Source: a virus. From it: a stretch of 34,816 nt of DNA. Both the position numbers and the translations under genes were made by a program. Under the pieces are notes generated by a model. It had not been told where the DNA came from. It was given only the letters and a program-made list of their open reading frames with translations, and searched no databases. Positions 8,351-18,400 of this stretch are shown here, in pieces. The DNA lies in IMG/VR virus record IMGVR_UViG_3300025880_000042; one strand, written 5' to 3'. Numbering within the stretch: the stretch's first letter is position 1; the number at the start of each line of letters is the position of its first letter.

Positions 8351-8818
8351 TTATTTGTTAAATTTAGCCAAGACAGAATCTAATGTCGTCTGTGGTCTTT
8401 TTTGTCCGTAAAGATTTACTTGTCTTTTTTCTACCATAGCTTCAGGGTCGTGAGACATAGGCTGTGCGGCAGGTTCTTGAGCAGACAACTCTTCTTTTGC
8501 TTCTTCTAATTCTGCAGGCACTTCAGTTTCAGCTTCTGTAGACATATTCTCCATAATGGCATCATACATAGCTTTCATTTCAGCAACAGCAGTAGCTAAT
8601 TCTTCTTTGGTAGCATACTTATCTGCTTCTTCCGCCACATCTTCAATAGCATCTTCAGCTATATCTTCTGCAGGCATTTCTTCAGCAAGAGTTTCTTCTA
8701 CCACTTCTTCCTGAGAAGATTCTAACTGAACTTCCTCCTGTACTTCAGGTTGAGCTTCAATAGCCTCTTCACTTAGGAAAACATTCTTTAGTTTTTCTAC
8801 AAGTTCTGTGGTTTTCAT
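8351..8818 (-). CDS. Scaffolding protein
   Basis: 155-aa ORF, highly acidic (Glu/Ala-rich) and predicted helical, immediately upstream of the capsid gene. Confidence 0.6.
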   Translation of the reverse strand: MKTTELVEKLKNVFLSEEAIEAQPEVQEEVQLESSQEEVVEETLAEEMPAEDIAEDAIEDVAEEADKYATKEELATAVAEMKAMYDAIMENMSTEAETEVPAELEEAKEELSAQEPAAQPMSHDPEAMVEKRQVNLYGQKRPQTTLDSVLAKFNK

Positions 8819-8883
8819 ATATTTAATTGTTTATTAATTACAATATGTTATGTTAACTAAGATTTTTAATACTGTTGTATTTC

Positions 8884-9039
8884 TTAGTCTTCAGGTATAA
8901 ATGTAACACTACCTATACCTTGATTTATAATATTACCTTTGCAACATTTCCTTGAGTAAGTTCCGTTATCACAAAGGCATGCTCTCTTAGATGATTTTGG
9001 ACTTGTTCTACTTGGAGTAGCTTTCATTTTATCACGCAT
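8884..9039 (-). CDS. Small basic Cys-rich protein
   Basis: The track ORF 8884..9105 overlaps the upstream gene by 74 nt. ATG at 9039 (8-nt overlap) or at 9027 is more plausible. Contains CLCDNGTYSRKCC. Confidence 0.4.
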   Translation of the reverse strand: MRDKMKATPSRTSPKSSKRACLCDNGTYSRKCCKGNIINQGIGSVTFIPED

Positions 9040-9667
9040 AAGATTGTGTTTTTTGTATAAAGTATATAATATCCCATATTTTAGCCGTGCCTCCTGTGGA
9101 TTCAATTTCCCACCAAGAACCGTTATTTACAAAATTACTATCCGCATAGTATTGAAATACTTGATGGTAATTATGTTCTAAATCATTACCTTTTGTAAAC
9201 TGCACCTCGCCTGTTATTCTGTCGTATGGTGTTCCGTTCTCTCCCTTAAAGTTTATGTCTATAAGAGTCTGATTGGCATTAGCAGCACTACATTTAAACA
9301 CCACAGTAAACATATAGGTGTCATTAGCATTATCTGCAATTACTCTTTTAGTTGTGCTATTATAATAATCAAATCCTACATTGCTTCTTACTATGTTAGC
9401 AGCATTGTTTGGAATAATAACAGGCACACCATCAGCAAGGCTAAACTTATTAGCTGAGGTATATTGATCATCATCGTATCTTGCCCAACCTAATGCTTGG
9501 CTTGTTGGGTATTGTGGATATACTCTAACATTATTGTCATTATAACCCATATATAGACCTGTATTAGAAACCATCATAGCTCCCTGTTCTATATTTACTG
9601 AGTTTATTTCATCATCAGTCTCTCTTTGAACATGTACTTTATAAGCGGTGTTTTTAATTGCTCTCAT
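9032..9667 (-). CDS. Hypothetical virion protein
   Basis: 211-aa ORF between the protease and the scaffold. No motif recognised. Confidence 0.5.
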   Translation of the reverse strand: MRAIKNTAYKVHVQRETDDEINSVNIEQGAMMVSNTGLYMGYNDNNVRVYPQYPTSQALGWARYDDDQYTSANKFSLADGVPVIIPNNAANIVRSNVGFDYYNSTTKRVIADNANDTYMFTVVFKCSAANANQTLIDINFKGENGTPYDRITGEVQFTKGNDLEHNYHQVFQYYADSNFVNNGSWWEIESTGGTAKIWDIIYFIQKTQSYA

Positions 9668-10574
9668 CTATCTCTTTTAGTTTAGATATTGCCCAATTAA
9701 CACCTGCAGAACCACCCCAAGCATCCCACATAATACCTCCGCATCCTTCAGAGTAAGGTACATCTTTGTTTTGTTGATGTCTTTTAAATGAAGCCATTCT
9801 TGCAATAGTGGACCTACTTAAAGGCTCTTTATTTGCTAATTGATTAGCTCTTGTCCAACCCACAGAAGTTCCGCATGAAGAACCATTATCTTTCTTCCAT
9901 TTTAAGGCTCTCTTAGCGTTGTTTACGGCTCCTTGAGGGTAATCACTATAAGATTCAAGTTCTACTCCCTGAGCCTCTAAAAATGACTCCTCGAGTGCGT
10001 ATATCTGAGATAAAGCTTCCATTTCTGCAAAGTCTTCTTCTACAGACTCTCTTGGTCTTTCTTTAGAAGCATCTGCAAAGAATCCTTCAATACTGAATCC
10101 CTTAACCTTTCCGCTCTTGACAAATTCCTCCCAAATCTGATCGTTGTTTACTTTAACAGAAACCATCCAAGTACCCATAGGTACGTTTAGGTTGTATTTT
10201 TTGCTCTTGTCTTTTTCTAAGTCTTCTACTATCCAAGACTCTACGACTGACATGCCATTTAGTTCGACATCATGCTCCAATGTTGAATTGTTTTGTTTAC
10301 CTCTTGATAAAAACAACTCTGAAGCTTTCCTGACAGTTTCCTCGCTAAAGAAAATATAATATTCTTCTTCGCCATTAGTTCTGTATATTTTTTTATTAGG
10401 TATGAGAGCAGCACCCATAAGGATTCTCTTCTCAGTATCTACTTCAGCCAACTTAACTTCATGACTGTTCAATGCTATAAAGTCTTCTTCTATAGCAGGG
10501 TTCTCAACGATAGAGATAGCCTCTATTCCACTAAACTCGTTTTCTTCGTCTATATATAGTTCAATAGTCTTCAT
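9654..10574 (-). CDS. XkdF-like prohead protease with an extra C-terminal domain
   Basis: 306-aa ORF. The N-terminal 170 aa (ILMGAALIPNK...EHD...VESWIVED...GTWMVSVKV...GFSIEGFF) resemble the PBSX XkdF / S78-like family. The C-terminal 100 aa (AKRALKWKKDNG...MWDAWGGSAGVNWA) form a separate domain. Confidence 0.55.
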   Translation of the reverse strand: MKTIELYIDEENEFSGIEAISIVENPAIEEDFIALNSHEVKLAEVDTEKRILMGAALIPNKKIYRTNGEEEYYIFFSEETVRKASELFLSRGKQNNSTLEHDVELNGMSVVESWIVEDLEKDKSKKYNLNVPMGTWMVSVKVNNDQIWEEFVKSGKVKGFSIEGFFADASKERPRESVEEDFAEMEALSQIYALEESFLEAQGVELESYSDYPQGAVNNAKRALKWKKDNGSSCGTSVGWTRANQLANKEPLSRSTIARMASFKRHQQNKDVPYSEGCGGIMWDAWGGSAGVNWAISKLKEIDESN

Positions 10575-10610
10575 AAAATGATAACTTAATTTGTTGATTT
10601 TGTTTTATTA

Positions 10611-12872
10611 TTAACCTAAACTTGCAGTTGAAACAATGTTCCTATCCATCTCCTGTGCAGTAGACACATCTTTAGATACTACATAAGCTTTTACAGGTTG
10701 GTTAAATTGACCTTGTACTGCAGAAGCTAATTGATTACTTGCAGACTGACCTACTATGTTAAAATCAGGTGGTTGTATAGATGGTGCTGCCGCAGCTCCT
10801 CCGCCTGCACCTCCTTTAGGTGATGGAACTTCTGTTTTAAGTATATTTCTTACTTGCACAAATCCCATGGCTGCAACTGCTGCTGCTTGAGCAATATTCC
10901 ATGGTCCATAAGGTTTTGCTCCTAATGCCGCTGTAACTGCTTCATAAGTGTTCATGGTAGCCATAGCAACCGCAACTGCTTTACCTACAGCAGAACCTTC
11001 TCCTGCGATAGCTATAATTGCTTCACCTACTTGATTAGCAATAGCAAGTTTAGCTTGTTCACCATCTTCAAAAGCCTGAAGCCTTTTTTGATTTAACTCT
11101 TCTGTAGCATTAGCTATTTGCTGATCTTGAACAAAAGTATCTTGACCCGCCTTTATTCTAATCTTCTTCTCTTCCTCTATTAAGGCTATTTTTTGTGCAG
11201 CTTTTTCTTGCTCTAAAGCAAAGTTAGCGTCTATTCTATCTAAATCATTTGTAGCTAAAGCAGCAACAGAAGCTAATTCAGCAACTTGATTTTCATTTAG
11301 TAGTTGTTCAAATGCAAGGTTTTTCTGCCTTTCTAACTGAAGAGATTTATTGTTGAAGGAAGCTTCAAGTGCTAATAAAACATCATGATACTCTTTTCTT
11401 GCTGCTGCTGCAGAAGCATAAAACTTTGTTCTACCATCTCCAAGTTCTTTTTCAGCTTGCTCTACTTCTTTTCTTGTAGACTTACTGTTGTTTATAATAG
11501 CTTCTTTTTCTGCTCTAAATTCAGCAAATCTAAGCCTTTCCTTTTCTAAGAAATCATCTCTTCTTCTTTTGAGGTCAAGAATAGCAGCCTCTTTGTTTAT
11601 TTGAAGCCTTTCTTCTTCTGTGGTTCTTTCATCTGTTAAAGATTCTTTTCTGTACTTTAACTCGAGCTTTCTTAGGTTTAATAATCTCTGTTTAAAGAAA
11701 TCATCTATATTTTTAGCAGAAGCACCTCTACCTTTTTTGTCTTCTTTACATGTACCAAGCAATAAACAGAAAAATGGATTATCTTTATATCTATCCGCAA
11801 TTTCTTTTAGCCTCTTTTCGGAATCAGAACTTATAGCTTTAAATGAATCATTGTTTTTTCCTATTTCTTCTGTTAAAGCAGTCCAAGTTTTTGTATAGTT
11901 TTTATTTAGCTTCTCTTTGTTTATATAACTTTTCTGACCTCTCGCTTCTAAATCCTCTGCTTCTTGTAGTTTGCCTAAATATTCTTCAGTAGCAGAAGTT
12001 AGCTGTTCGTTCAGCTCAATATCTTTCTCTATTACTTTCTGAAGTTTCTTCTTTGTTATTTCTTCAGTAGCTTCAAACATAAGAAGATCCTTCTTGATAG
12101 CTAAATAATCATCAATACTACCAATAGCTTCATCAAAACCTTCTTTTTTTAGTCTTTCTAAAGCTACTCTTTGACTTGCAGTAGAAGCGGTTGAGTCTTT
12201 TAGTACAGCAGCTAATGACTCTATAGCAGCTACTTGACCTTTAGCTCCAACTATAGCTTCTGTAGCTTCCTCTGTAGCTCTTTTTGCCTCTCTTTGAGAT
12301 AAAGTGTATTTTTCTATAAAGAATATAACTAATTGAAATGCAATGATAAGTCCACCTGCACCAAGCATTTGCTTGCCCAAGTCTTTCATCGCATTTTTGA
12401 ACCCCTTGCTTTGATCAACTAAAGAAACAAAATAGTAACCTAATTGAGACAAGTTGTTTGCTACCGCCGTAAATCCGTAGTTAGCATCAGAGATAGTCCT
12501 ACCAACTTCGACAAGTGTTTGTGAGGCTAAACCTGCACTATTACGCATACCCTTAAAGCCTTGGCTTACAGCAGAATTTTTACCTTGGAACGTAGATAGT
12601 TCTTTTTGAAGACCTTCTATAGTTCTTTGATATTGCACATACTCAAAAGAAGTTATCTCAACAGATTTTTGTAATTGTCTTTGATAAGTAATCTGATCTC
12701 TTATAGACTGCTCAGTTCTTTTATAAGCAGGCTGTACAGCACCAACTAATGTTTTAGATAGATTCTTCTCCGCTGTATCTAACTTGCTGATACTTGAAGT
12801 TAGTCCATCAATCTCAAGCTTGCCTTTGCCGAAATCAACCCTTATGTTAATTATCTTAGTTAAATCTGCCAT
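10611..12872 (-). CDS. Tape measure protein
   Basis: 753-aa ORF with long coiled-coil stretches, an internal hydrophobic segment (GAGGLIIAFQLVIFFI) and an Ala/Gly-rich C-terminal region, as in siphovirus tape measure proteins. Confidence 0.6.
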   Translation of the reverse strand: MADLTKIINIRVDFGKGKLEIDGLTSSISKLDTAEKNLSKTLVGAVQPAYKRTEQSIRDQITYQRQLQKSVEITSFEYVQYQRTIEGLQKELSTFQGKNSAVSQGFKGMRNSAGLASQTLVEVGRTISDANYGFTAVANNLSQLGYYFVSLVDQSKGFKNAMKDLGKQMLGAGGLIIAFQLVIFFIEKYTLSQREAKRATEEATEAIVGAKGQVAAIESLAAVLKDSTASTASQRVALERLKKEGFDEAIGSIDDYLAIKKDLLMFEATEEITKKKLQKVIEKDIELNEQLTSATEEYLGKLQEAEDLEARGQKSYINKEKLNKNYTKTWTALTEEIGKNNDSFKAISSDSEKRLKEIADRYKDNPFFCLLLGTCKEDKKGRGASAKNIDDFFKQRLLNLRKLELKYRKESLTDERTTEEERLQINKEAAILDLKRRRDDFLEKERLRFAEFRAEKEAIINNSKSTRKEVEQAEKELGDGRTKFYASAAAARKEYHDVLLALEASFNNKSLQLERQKNLAFEQLLNENQVAELASVAALATNDLDRIDANFALEQEKAAQKIALIEEEKKIRIKAGQDTFVQDQQIANATEELNQKRLQAFEDGEQAKLAIANQVGEAIIAIAGEGSAVGKAVAVAMATMNTYEAVTAALGAKPYGPWNIAQAAAVAAMGFVQVRNILKTEVPSPKGGAGGGAAAAPSIQPPDFNIVGQSASNQLASAVQGQFNQPVKAYVVSKDVSTAQEMDRNIVSTASLG

Positions 12873-13018
12873 TATGCTATTGTTTTATGTCTTTTTAGTC
12901 TTTCTTTTAGCTCGGAATATGTTACAGGTGCTTTATATTTACCTTTTGCTAAATCTATATCTTCATCTCCAATTAACCAATCAGAGGCATTTAGTAAATC
13001 TATTATATTCTTTATCAT
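12872..13018 (-). CDS. Small ORF (48 aa) upstream of the tape measure gene
   Basis: Hand translation: MIKNIIDLLNASDWLIGDEDIDLAKGKYKAPVTYSELKERLKRHKTIA. It starts 1 nt after the upstream stop, and its TAA overlaps the tape-measure ATG (TAATG). Confidence 0.4.
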   Translation of the reverse strand: MIKNIIDLLNASDWLIGDEDIDLAKGKYKAPVTYSELKERLKRHKTIA

Positions 13019-13019
13019 G

Positions 13020-15113
13020 CTATTCTATATCTTCTATTAGTTCAACTTCACTATTACCATTTAAAAGGTTGGATGTTATTGAGTTTATTTTATAACTCTC
13101 ACCATTTATTATAAACCTATCTTTAAGTTCGTATTTAGCAAGAACTTTTATTGGTAGTAAAGCGTTTATTTTGGTTATTCTATTATATTGATTAAATACA
13201 GACTCTATGTATGTTTGATAATAGTTTTTAAATAAAGACTCCTCGTTAAATAACAAGTTAAACTCATCATTCTCTGTGTCGAAGTTTAGTGTTTGACTTT
13301 CATCTTCAGTTACATTACTCGGTCTATTATATGTTGATGGTGTAGAAAGTGTAATACCATCTGCACTCCTGAAGTATATGTTTTTACTACCTACCGTTTC
13401 ATTAACATTAAAGAATAATAATGGATTACCTTTTATGGCATCTTCATTTTCACTAACAAACCAACCATAAGCTATATTAGTTTCTCCACTATCATTTTCA
13501 TCAACTAATCTTTCGTATATAACCTTTTCAAATGGAAGTCTTACATCATAATTCTCACCATCAATATATTCTCCATCTATAATAACATTAAACTCTTCCG
13601 CTCCAAACTGCTGACCATTTCTTTCTTCAAACTCTACAGCTAAGAAAGTATAGGGATCTCCAAATCTAAAGTCAATGTTTCCGTAAAGAGGAACTCTTTC
13701 TATGGTAGACTCATCTACTTTAACGTAGTCTGTTATGTCATGTTTAGTGGCAGAATTGTAACTACCATAATAATTATCTAAAGTGTCTACGACTATTGTG
13801 CCTGCATCGTTAACATAAGCAGTTAAGTTAAACATCTTGAATAAACCTGTTAGTAGGTCTATTACTTTAATATCAGGAGTCTGATTTTCTAAGATCATAT
13901 CCCCAATCATGCTTTGATTTTCTGCCTGATATGTTTGCCCATTAAAACATCTCGCTCTATCGTCAGGCTGTATAAATATTGTTCTTATATACCACTCAGC
14001 ATCATATATAAGAAAAGCACTATCATCTTTTGTTGATATTTGAACTTGTATTTCATAGTCTCTACTCGCTTCTCCTTCTGCAGGAAGCATACCAATACCA
14101 ACTTCAGTTATACCTGAAACACCTGTCTCTTCTTTTAGAGTTGTGTCAGAAACTAAGTCAACTATCTTGTAACTATATTCTTCTCCTAAAGCATCAGGAG
14201 TTATAGTTAAATCTGCAATAATGTGTATGCTGTCATCAATGTTGGAATTTGTGGTGGTACATGAAAAGTATTCATCAGAGAAAGTAATTCTATTTTCGAA
14301 TACATCACACTCGGTAGTTGTTTCTGTTAACACCCAACCGCTAACATTCATGGTTGAAATACCTTCTGCATAACTTACCTGACCTGCCCCTCTGTGCATC
14401 CACATGTATAGCTGCTCAAATAAAGTTGTTCCAAAGAAATCTCTTGAGAATGTTAATGGATAGCTATCCTCTATAGCTTCAATAATTCTAATTAATCTAA
14501 TTGCAGGCTTTAAGTCTTGTGGAAGAAACCCATCTCCCGATAAAGCTGACCCAATATTAGCATAGTTGTCTATAGGTGTATATCCTGCGTTAGAATCATA
14601 TATAAACCTTCTTTTAGGGCTTATAAGTGGATATATAACTGCAGCAGCATCTCCATTAAACTCTAAACCTGTTTCTAAGCCTTCTAAGACATTATCATAG
14701 GTCCACTCATGGTTATATGCAGATAAATCTAAATTCTTCAGCTTATCGTCTCCTAATATCCTTGAAAGAGATACTATAGATCCAAAGAAAGTTAACTCAT
14801 AAGAATAAGCTTTATTATTCTTCATTTTAACTCTATTTAGCCTAATAGTACCCCTCTTAAAAGGAGAGTGGTTTAGTTCTATGATAGCTGTACTTCTGAA
14901 CCTTGCATCATAGCCATTCTGTATAGAGTTATTATAGTAGTGCTTAAATATTTTATTATTAGTCTTTGATGCAGGTACGTTAAAAGTTTGTGAATAGTCT
15001 GTAAATATTTTAGAAATATCTCTAACATCTTGTATAGATGAGGTTAACTGAATACTCTCATCATCAAACATTTCCACTCTCTGACCATCTATGTAGAGTT
15101 GTATTGTCTGCAT
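13020..15113 (-). CDS. Large tail/baseplate structural protein
   Basis: 697-aa ORF in the tail gene block. N-terminus is IQLYIDGQRVEMFDDESIQLTSSIQDVRDISKIFTDYSQTFNVPAS. The family was not identified with certainty. Confidence 0.45.
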   Translation of the reverse strand: MQTIQLYIDGQRVEMFDDESIQLTSSIQDVRDISKIFTDYSQTFNVPASKTNNKIFKHYYNNSIQNGYDARFRSTAIIELNHSPFKRGTIRLNRVKMKNNKAYSYELTFFGSIVSLSRILGDDKLKNLDLSAYNHEWTYDNVLEGLETGLEFNGDAAAVIYPLISPKRRFIYDSNAGYTPIDNYANIGSALSGDGFLPQDLKPAIRLIRIIEAIEDSYPLTFSRDFFGTTLFEQLYMWMHRGAGQVSYAEGISTMNVSGWVLTETTTECDVFENRITFSDEYFSCTTTNSNIDDSIHIIADLTITPDALGEEYSYKIVDLVSDTTLKEETGVSGITEVGIGMLPAEGEASRDYEIQVQISTKDDSAFLIYDAEWYIRTIFIQPDDRARCFNGQTYQAENQSMIGDMILENQTPDIKVIDLLTGLFKMFNLTAYVNDAGTIVVDTLDNYYGSYNSATKHDITDYVKVDESTIERVPLYGNIDFRFGDPYTFLAVEFEERNGQQFGAEEFNVIIDGEYIDGENYDVRLPFEKVIYERLVDENDSGETNIAYGWFVSENEDAIKGNPLLFFNVNETVGSKNIYFRSADGITLSTPSTYNRPSNVTEDESQTLNFDTENDEFNLLFNEESLFKNYYQTYIESVFNQYNRITKINALLPIKVLAKYELKDRFIINGESYKINSITSNLLNGNSEVELIEDIE

Positions 15114-16214
15114 CTATCTTATGTTGTTTATAGTGTCAAAAGCATAATCAAATTCAACCGTGAAGTTTATTAACTTGTCATTTACCTCTGTTTTATCTGT
15201 AAATGAAGTTGTTTTAGGTACTATAGGCTTAACCAATCCTTCTTCATGAATCCAAGCAGACTCCGTAAGCATTAATTGCTGTATAACCTCATTATGATCT
15301 TCAGTAACAAAACCCGTATTTAATATTAACCTTTTATTACCTATGACATTATGGGGATTCATAGACGCCTTATTTAAGGAATAATTAACAGATGTAGATG
15401 ATATATCTAATATATTTCTCTTGTATGAATCTTTCGCTACATCTAAGTTATCTGTTCTTTTCTTATCAAACCATAAATCCTGCACAACACCAAACTTATT
15501 TAAGAAAGACACTTTGTAAGGATCGTATTTAGAGCAGTCAATACATCTAATGTATAAAGTTTTTACAGTTCCATCAGCAAGGAGTATTTCTATTGTACTT
15601 GTGTTTTCAGGAACTTCTATCTCCTCTGTAACTTCACTTGAAACAGTTTTTAAGTAATAAGTATCTGCAGTTAAAGAAGTTATATCAGCAGTGTAATCTG
15701 TAGTGTCAGCAGTTATTTTAGTTATAGTCTCTTTAGTTACTGTTTCTCTTCTTATTACAACATCGTACTCGTCTAAATAAGTCACCTCAGTAGCTCCACC
15801 ACTACCTGTTAATAGTGGTATGTGTATTTTTTCTGTTGCTGAATTACAATTATGAAATATAGTCGTATTACTTATAAGAACATCATTACTTAATTGAGGG
15901 TTAATACCATCTTCAAAGTAGCCATATCCATTAAATGCTATTGCAGAACCAACTAACGTATCATCTACAGTGTCATCATCATAAGTGCGAATCATCTGCC
16001 ATTCAGCCCATGCAGATTGTTGAATAGAATCATAATCCCCTGTAAACAATACTTCGGTATAATCCCTTACAAGCTCACCTATCTCAAATACTATTATGTC
16101 TTCGTTTACTTTCTTCTCTTTATATATAATGTAATCAGGGTTATCTGCATCTTTACCCCCAAAATCACCTGTATATATCCAAAGATTTAATGTTGCGTTT
16201 ACTATATTTGCCAT
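15114..16214 (-). CDS. Virion structural protein carrying xTAD(T/I)T repeats
   Basis: 366-aa ORF abutting the next gene. Contains KITADTTDYTADITSLTADTYY, encoded at about 15660-15725. Confidence 0.45.
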   Translation of the reverse strand: MANIVNATLNLWIYTGDFGGKDADNPDYIIYKEKKVNEDIIVFEIGELVRDYTEVLFTGDYDSIQQSAWAEWQMIRTYDDDTVDDTLVGSAIAFNGYGYFEDGINPQLSNDVLISNTTIFHNCNSATEKIHIPLLTGSGGATEVTYLDEYDVVIRRETVTKETITKITADTTDYTADITSLTADTYYLKTVSSEVTEEIEVPENTSTIEILLADGTVKTLYIRCIDCSKYDPYKVSFLNKFGVVQDLWFDKKRTDNLDVAKDSYKRNILDISSTSVNYSLNKASMNPHNVIGNKRLILNTGFVTEDHNEVIQQLMLTESAWIHEEGLVKPIVPKTTSFTDKTEVNDKLINFTVEFDYAFDTINNIR

Positions 16215-16237
16215 TATTGTTTTTTATTATATTAAAT

Positions 16238-17152
16238 CTAATCTTCAGGGCAACAAGCTGTGTATTCAAAAGATAATGTAGTGCTTTCACCTGAATCAAA
16301 ATATCCAAAATCTACATCTTGAACAACACATGGATTGCTTAATTCATCTCCATTAACTTCATAATTTCTAATATTTATTGTTCCAAGATTACCATTTCCA
16401 TTGTTTTGAGCATTTCTCATTTCTAAAATGTTAGTTCCGTAATTAAGAAATGAAGGGTCAAATCTGTTTGTTACCATTAATGTTAGAGGGCAGGCAAAGT
16501 CTCCTGAAACTACATCAGCATTTTCATTTGTTGTAGCTATGAATATCCCTCCAACTTGAGCGTTTTGACTTAAATCTAAATATCCTATAAAATTATCATT
16601 TAGATATATATTGAAGTTATCATCTTTTGCTGAATTTGAATTACAAACTTGGAACACCAAAGCTCTATCAGGACAAGTAGGTGCAGGTGGTATTGCACTT
16701 GGACATGTAAAAGTTAAATTAAGGGAATCACTTAATATTGGACTTTGTACTGTAATGGTTGCTGTTAATGGGTCTGTACTTGCTTTTGGTAATGTTAATG
16801 TACCTGTTTTTGTCGATGTTGGTCCTGTGTTTATCTCAGAAGGGTCTATACCTAATGCAATTAATTCAGAATCGTAAGCATCTAAACCAACATAACCTGT
16901 AGTTACACTTGCTCCATTATAAGCCAATGTTATTTTAGCAGGTATGTTTCCACCATCATAGCCTATAGTTATATCCCCTGTATCTCCCGTCATAGTCAGA
17001 GTATAAATTCTCTTACCTATGAATCCCTCTGTTATAGCAACATCGCTACATGCAGCAGGGAAATAATCAACAGGCTCAACAGGTGATGGTGCAGGTTCAT
17101 CGCTTGATGTAATATAATATGGACTTCTTGAGTGTATTCTTTTTAATGCCAT
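16238..17152 (-). CDS. Hypothetical structural protein with a Cys-containing C-terminal domain
   Basis: 304-aa ORF in the tail block. No motif recognised. Confidence 0.45.
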   Translation of the reverse strand: MALKRIHSRSPYYITSSDEPAPSPVEPVDYFPAACSDVAITEGFIGKRIYTLTMTGDTGDITIGYDGGNIPAKITLAYNGASVTTGYVGLDAYDSELIALGIDPSEINTGPTSTKTGTLTLPKASTDPLTATITVQSPILSDSLNLTFTCPSAIPPAPTCPDRALVFQVCNSNSAKDDNFNIYLNDNFIGYLDLSQNAQVGGIFIATTNENADVVSGDFACPLTLMVTNRFDPSFLNYGTNILEMRNAQNNGNGNLGTINIRNYEVNGDELSNPCVVQDVDFGYFDSGESTTLSFEYTACCPED

Positions 17153-17673
17153 TACTTAACTTCTTTTAAATATCTTTCTAATGTGTATTCTAAATCTTCA
17201 CCAAATGCCTCAAGAACCTCCTGTCCAAAGACATCTTTTATATTGTTGTAAACTATATCTATTAAACCTGTTCCTGTATAGTTAAACCTTTTAATAGATC
17301 CGTTTCTTCCTAACGCTCTTGCTATTGCAAATGAAGCACTACGCATCTTATAGTCAGTTACAGTAGTAAATCTACCCTTAGAGTCTCTAAGCTTAACATT
17401 CTTCTCCCTCATCCAATGCAATATAGCTGTAGATGGTGGCATTTGTTGATTAGGACCTCTACCATCACTAATTGCAGTAATGTATTTCTCTCCTAATACA
17501 CTAAGTTCAGACTCTAAATCTGATATAGTAACTTCAGAATCAAGACTCTTGGAAGCTTTTCCGCTCGCATAAGTGCCATCAGCTTTTAGTCTATCTTGAT
17601 ACTGCTTTACAAATAACTCTCCATAGGCAGTTAATAGTCTTTTAAGGTTAACATATTTGTTCCCCTCTAACAT
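17152..17673 (-). CDS. Hypothetical protein (head-tail joining candidate)
   Basis: 173-aa ORF. It shares 1 nt with the downstream gene and overlaps the upstream gene by 7 nt. Confidence 0.45.
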   Translation of the reverse strand: MLEGNKYVNLKRLLTAYGELFVKQYQDRLKADGTYASGKASKSLDSEVTISDLESELSVLGEKYITAISDGRGPNQQMPPSTAILHWMREKNVKLRDSKGRFTTVTDYKMRSASFAIARALGRNGSIKRFNYTGTGLIDIVYNNIKDVFGQEVLEAFGEDLEYTLERYLKEVK

Positions 17674-18125
17674 ATAGAAATATCATTAGGCATTTCAATA
17701 ACTATATCTGCTCCCCAACCTGCTAATTCATTCTCAAACCTGTCCATAAAAGGCTGCACACTAACATCTTCCACTACCTGCAACCTATCTGTGAACAAAA
17801 GACCTCTTCTTAACTGAGATACAACATCATTTACCACCTGTAGTTGTGTGTTTAAGATGTCCTGCATGTTGTCATTCCCATAAAACTCATCGTCAGGATT
17901 ACTTTCTTTATTGTAGTCAACTATGTCTACACATAATAGCTGCAAAGTAAAAGATACTGTATGCTCTCTGATCGTTGCGTTAGAGATGTTTAAGTGAGAA
18001 AGTGGAAATATTGTTGTCTTATCCAAATCCACTTTTGTAATATCCCCATACGTTACAGAGAATACATTAGGATTTTCCCTCAACCTATCCTTTATCTTGT
18101 CTAATATGTCGTAAAACTGTGTCAT
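17667..18125 (-). CDS. Hypothetical protein (tail completion/terminator-like candidate)
   Basis: 152-aa ORF. The pattern (FPLSHL...FMDRFENELAGWGADIVIE) is reminiscent of neck/tail-completion proteins. Low certainty. Confidence 0.4.
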   Translation of the reverse strand: MTQFYDILDKIKDRLRENPNVFSVTYGDITKVDLDKTTIFPLSHLNISNATIREHTVSFTLQLLCVDIVDYNKESNPDDEFYGNDNMQDILNTQLQVVNDVVSQLRRGLLFTDRLQVVEDVSVQPFMDRFENELAGWGADIVIEMPNDISIC

Positions 18126-18127
18126 AA

Positions 18128-18400
18128 CTAACTTTTATATGCCCTTTTAATGGCATCTGCTTCTAATTTATTCTTCTCCTTCTCAAACTCAAGCCATATT
18201 AAGCATTGCTGTAGTGGAAGCTTGGTAACTTCTGAAATCCTTCTGACATCTCCCTGTGCAAGTCCGTAAATACTTTGATACCATCCCCACTTCTTTCCAA
18301 ATCCTTGTTCTGCGGTTGCAATTTGACCTGCTTGTCCACCTGATGCTGTAAATAGTCCATCATATAACCCGATAATTTTTTCCCTAAACGATAAAAAAAA
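18128..18400 (-). CDS. Start-less -1 frame extension reachable from ORF 18199..18927 by slippage on a T9 run
   Basis: Hand translation of the -1 frame after T_TTT_TTT (18394-18400): LSFREKIIGLYDGLFTASGGQAGQIATAEQGFGKKWGWYQSIYGLAQGDVRRISEVTKLPLQQCLIWLEFEKEKNKLEADAIKRAYKS. It stops at TAG 18128-18130, 2 nt before the next ATG. This frame contains no start codon. Confidence 0.5.
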   Translation of the reverse strand, partial: FFLSFREKIIGLYDGLFTASGGQAGQIATAEQGFGKKWGWYQSIYGLAQGDVRRISEVTKLPLQQCLIWLEFEKEKNKLEADAIKRAYKS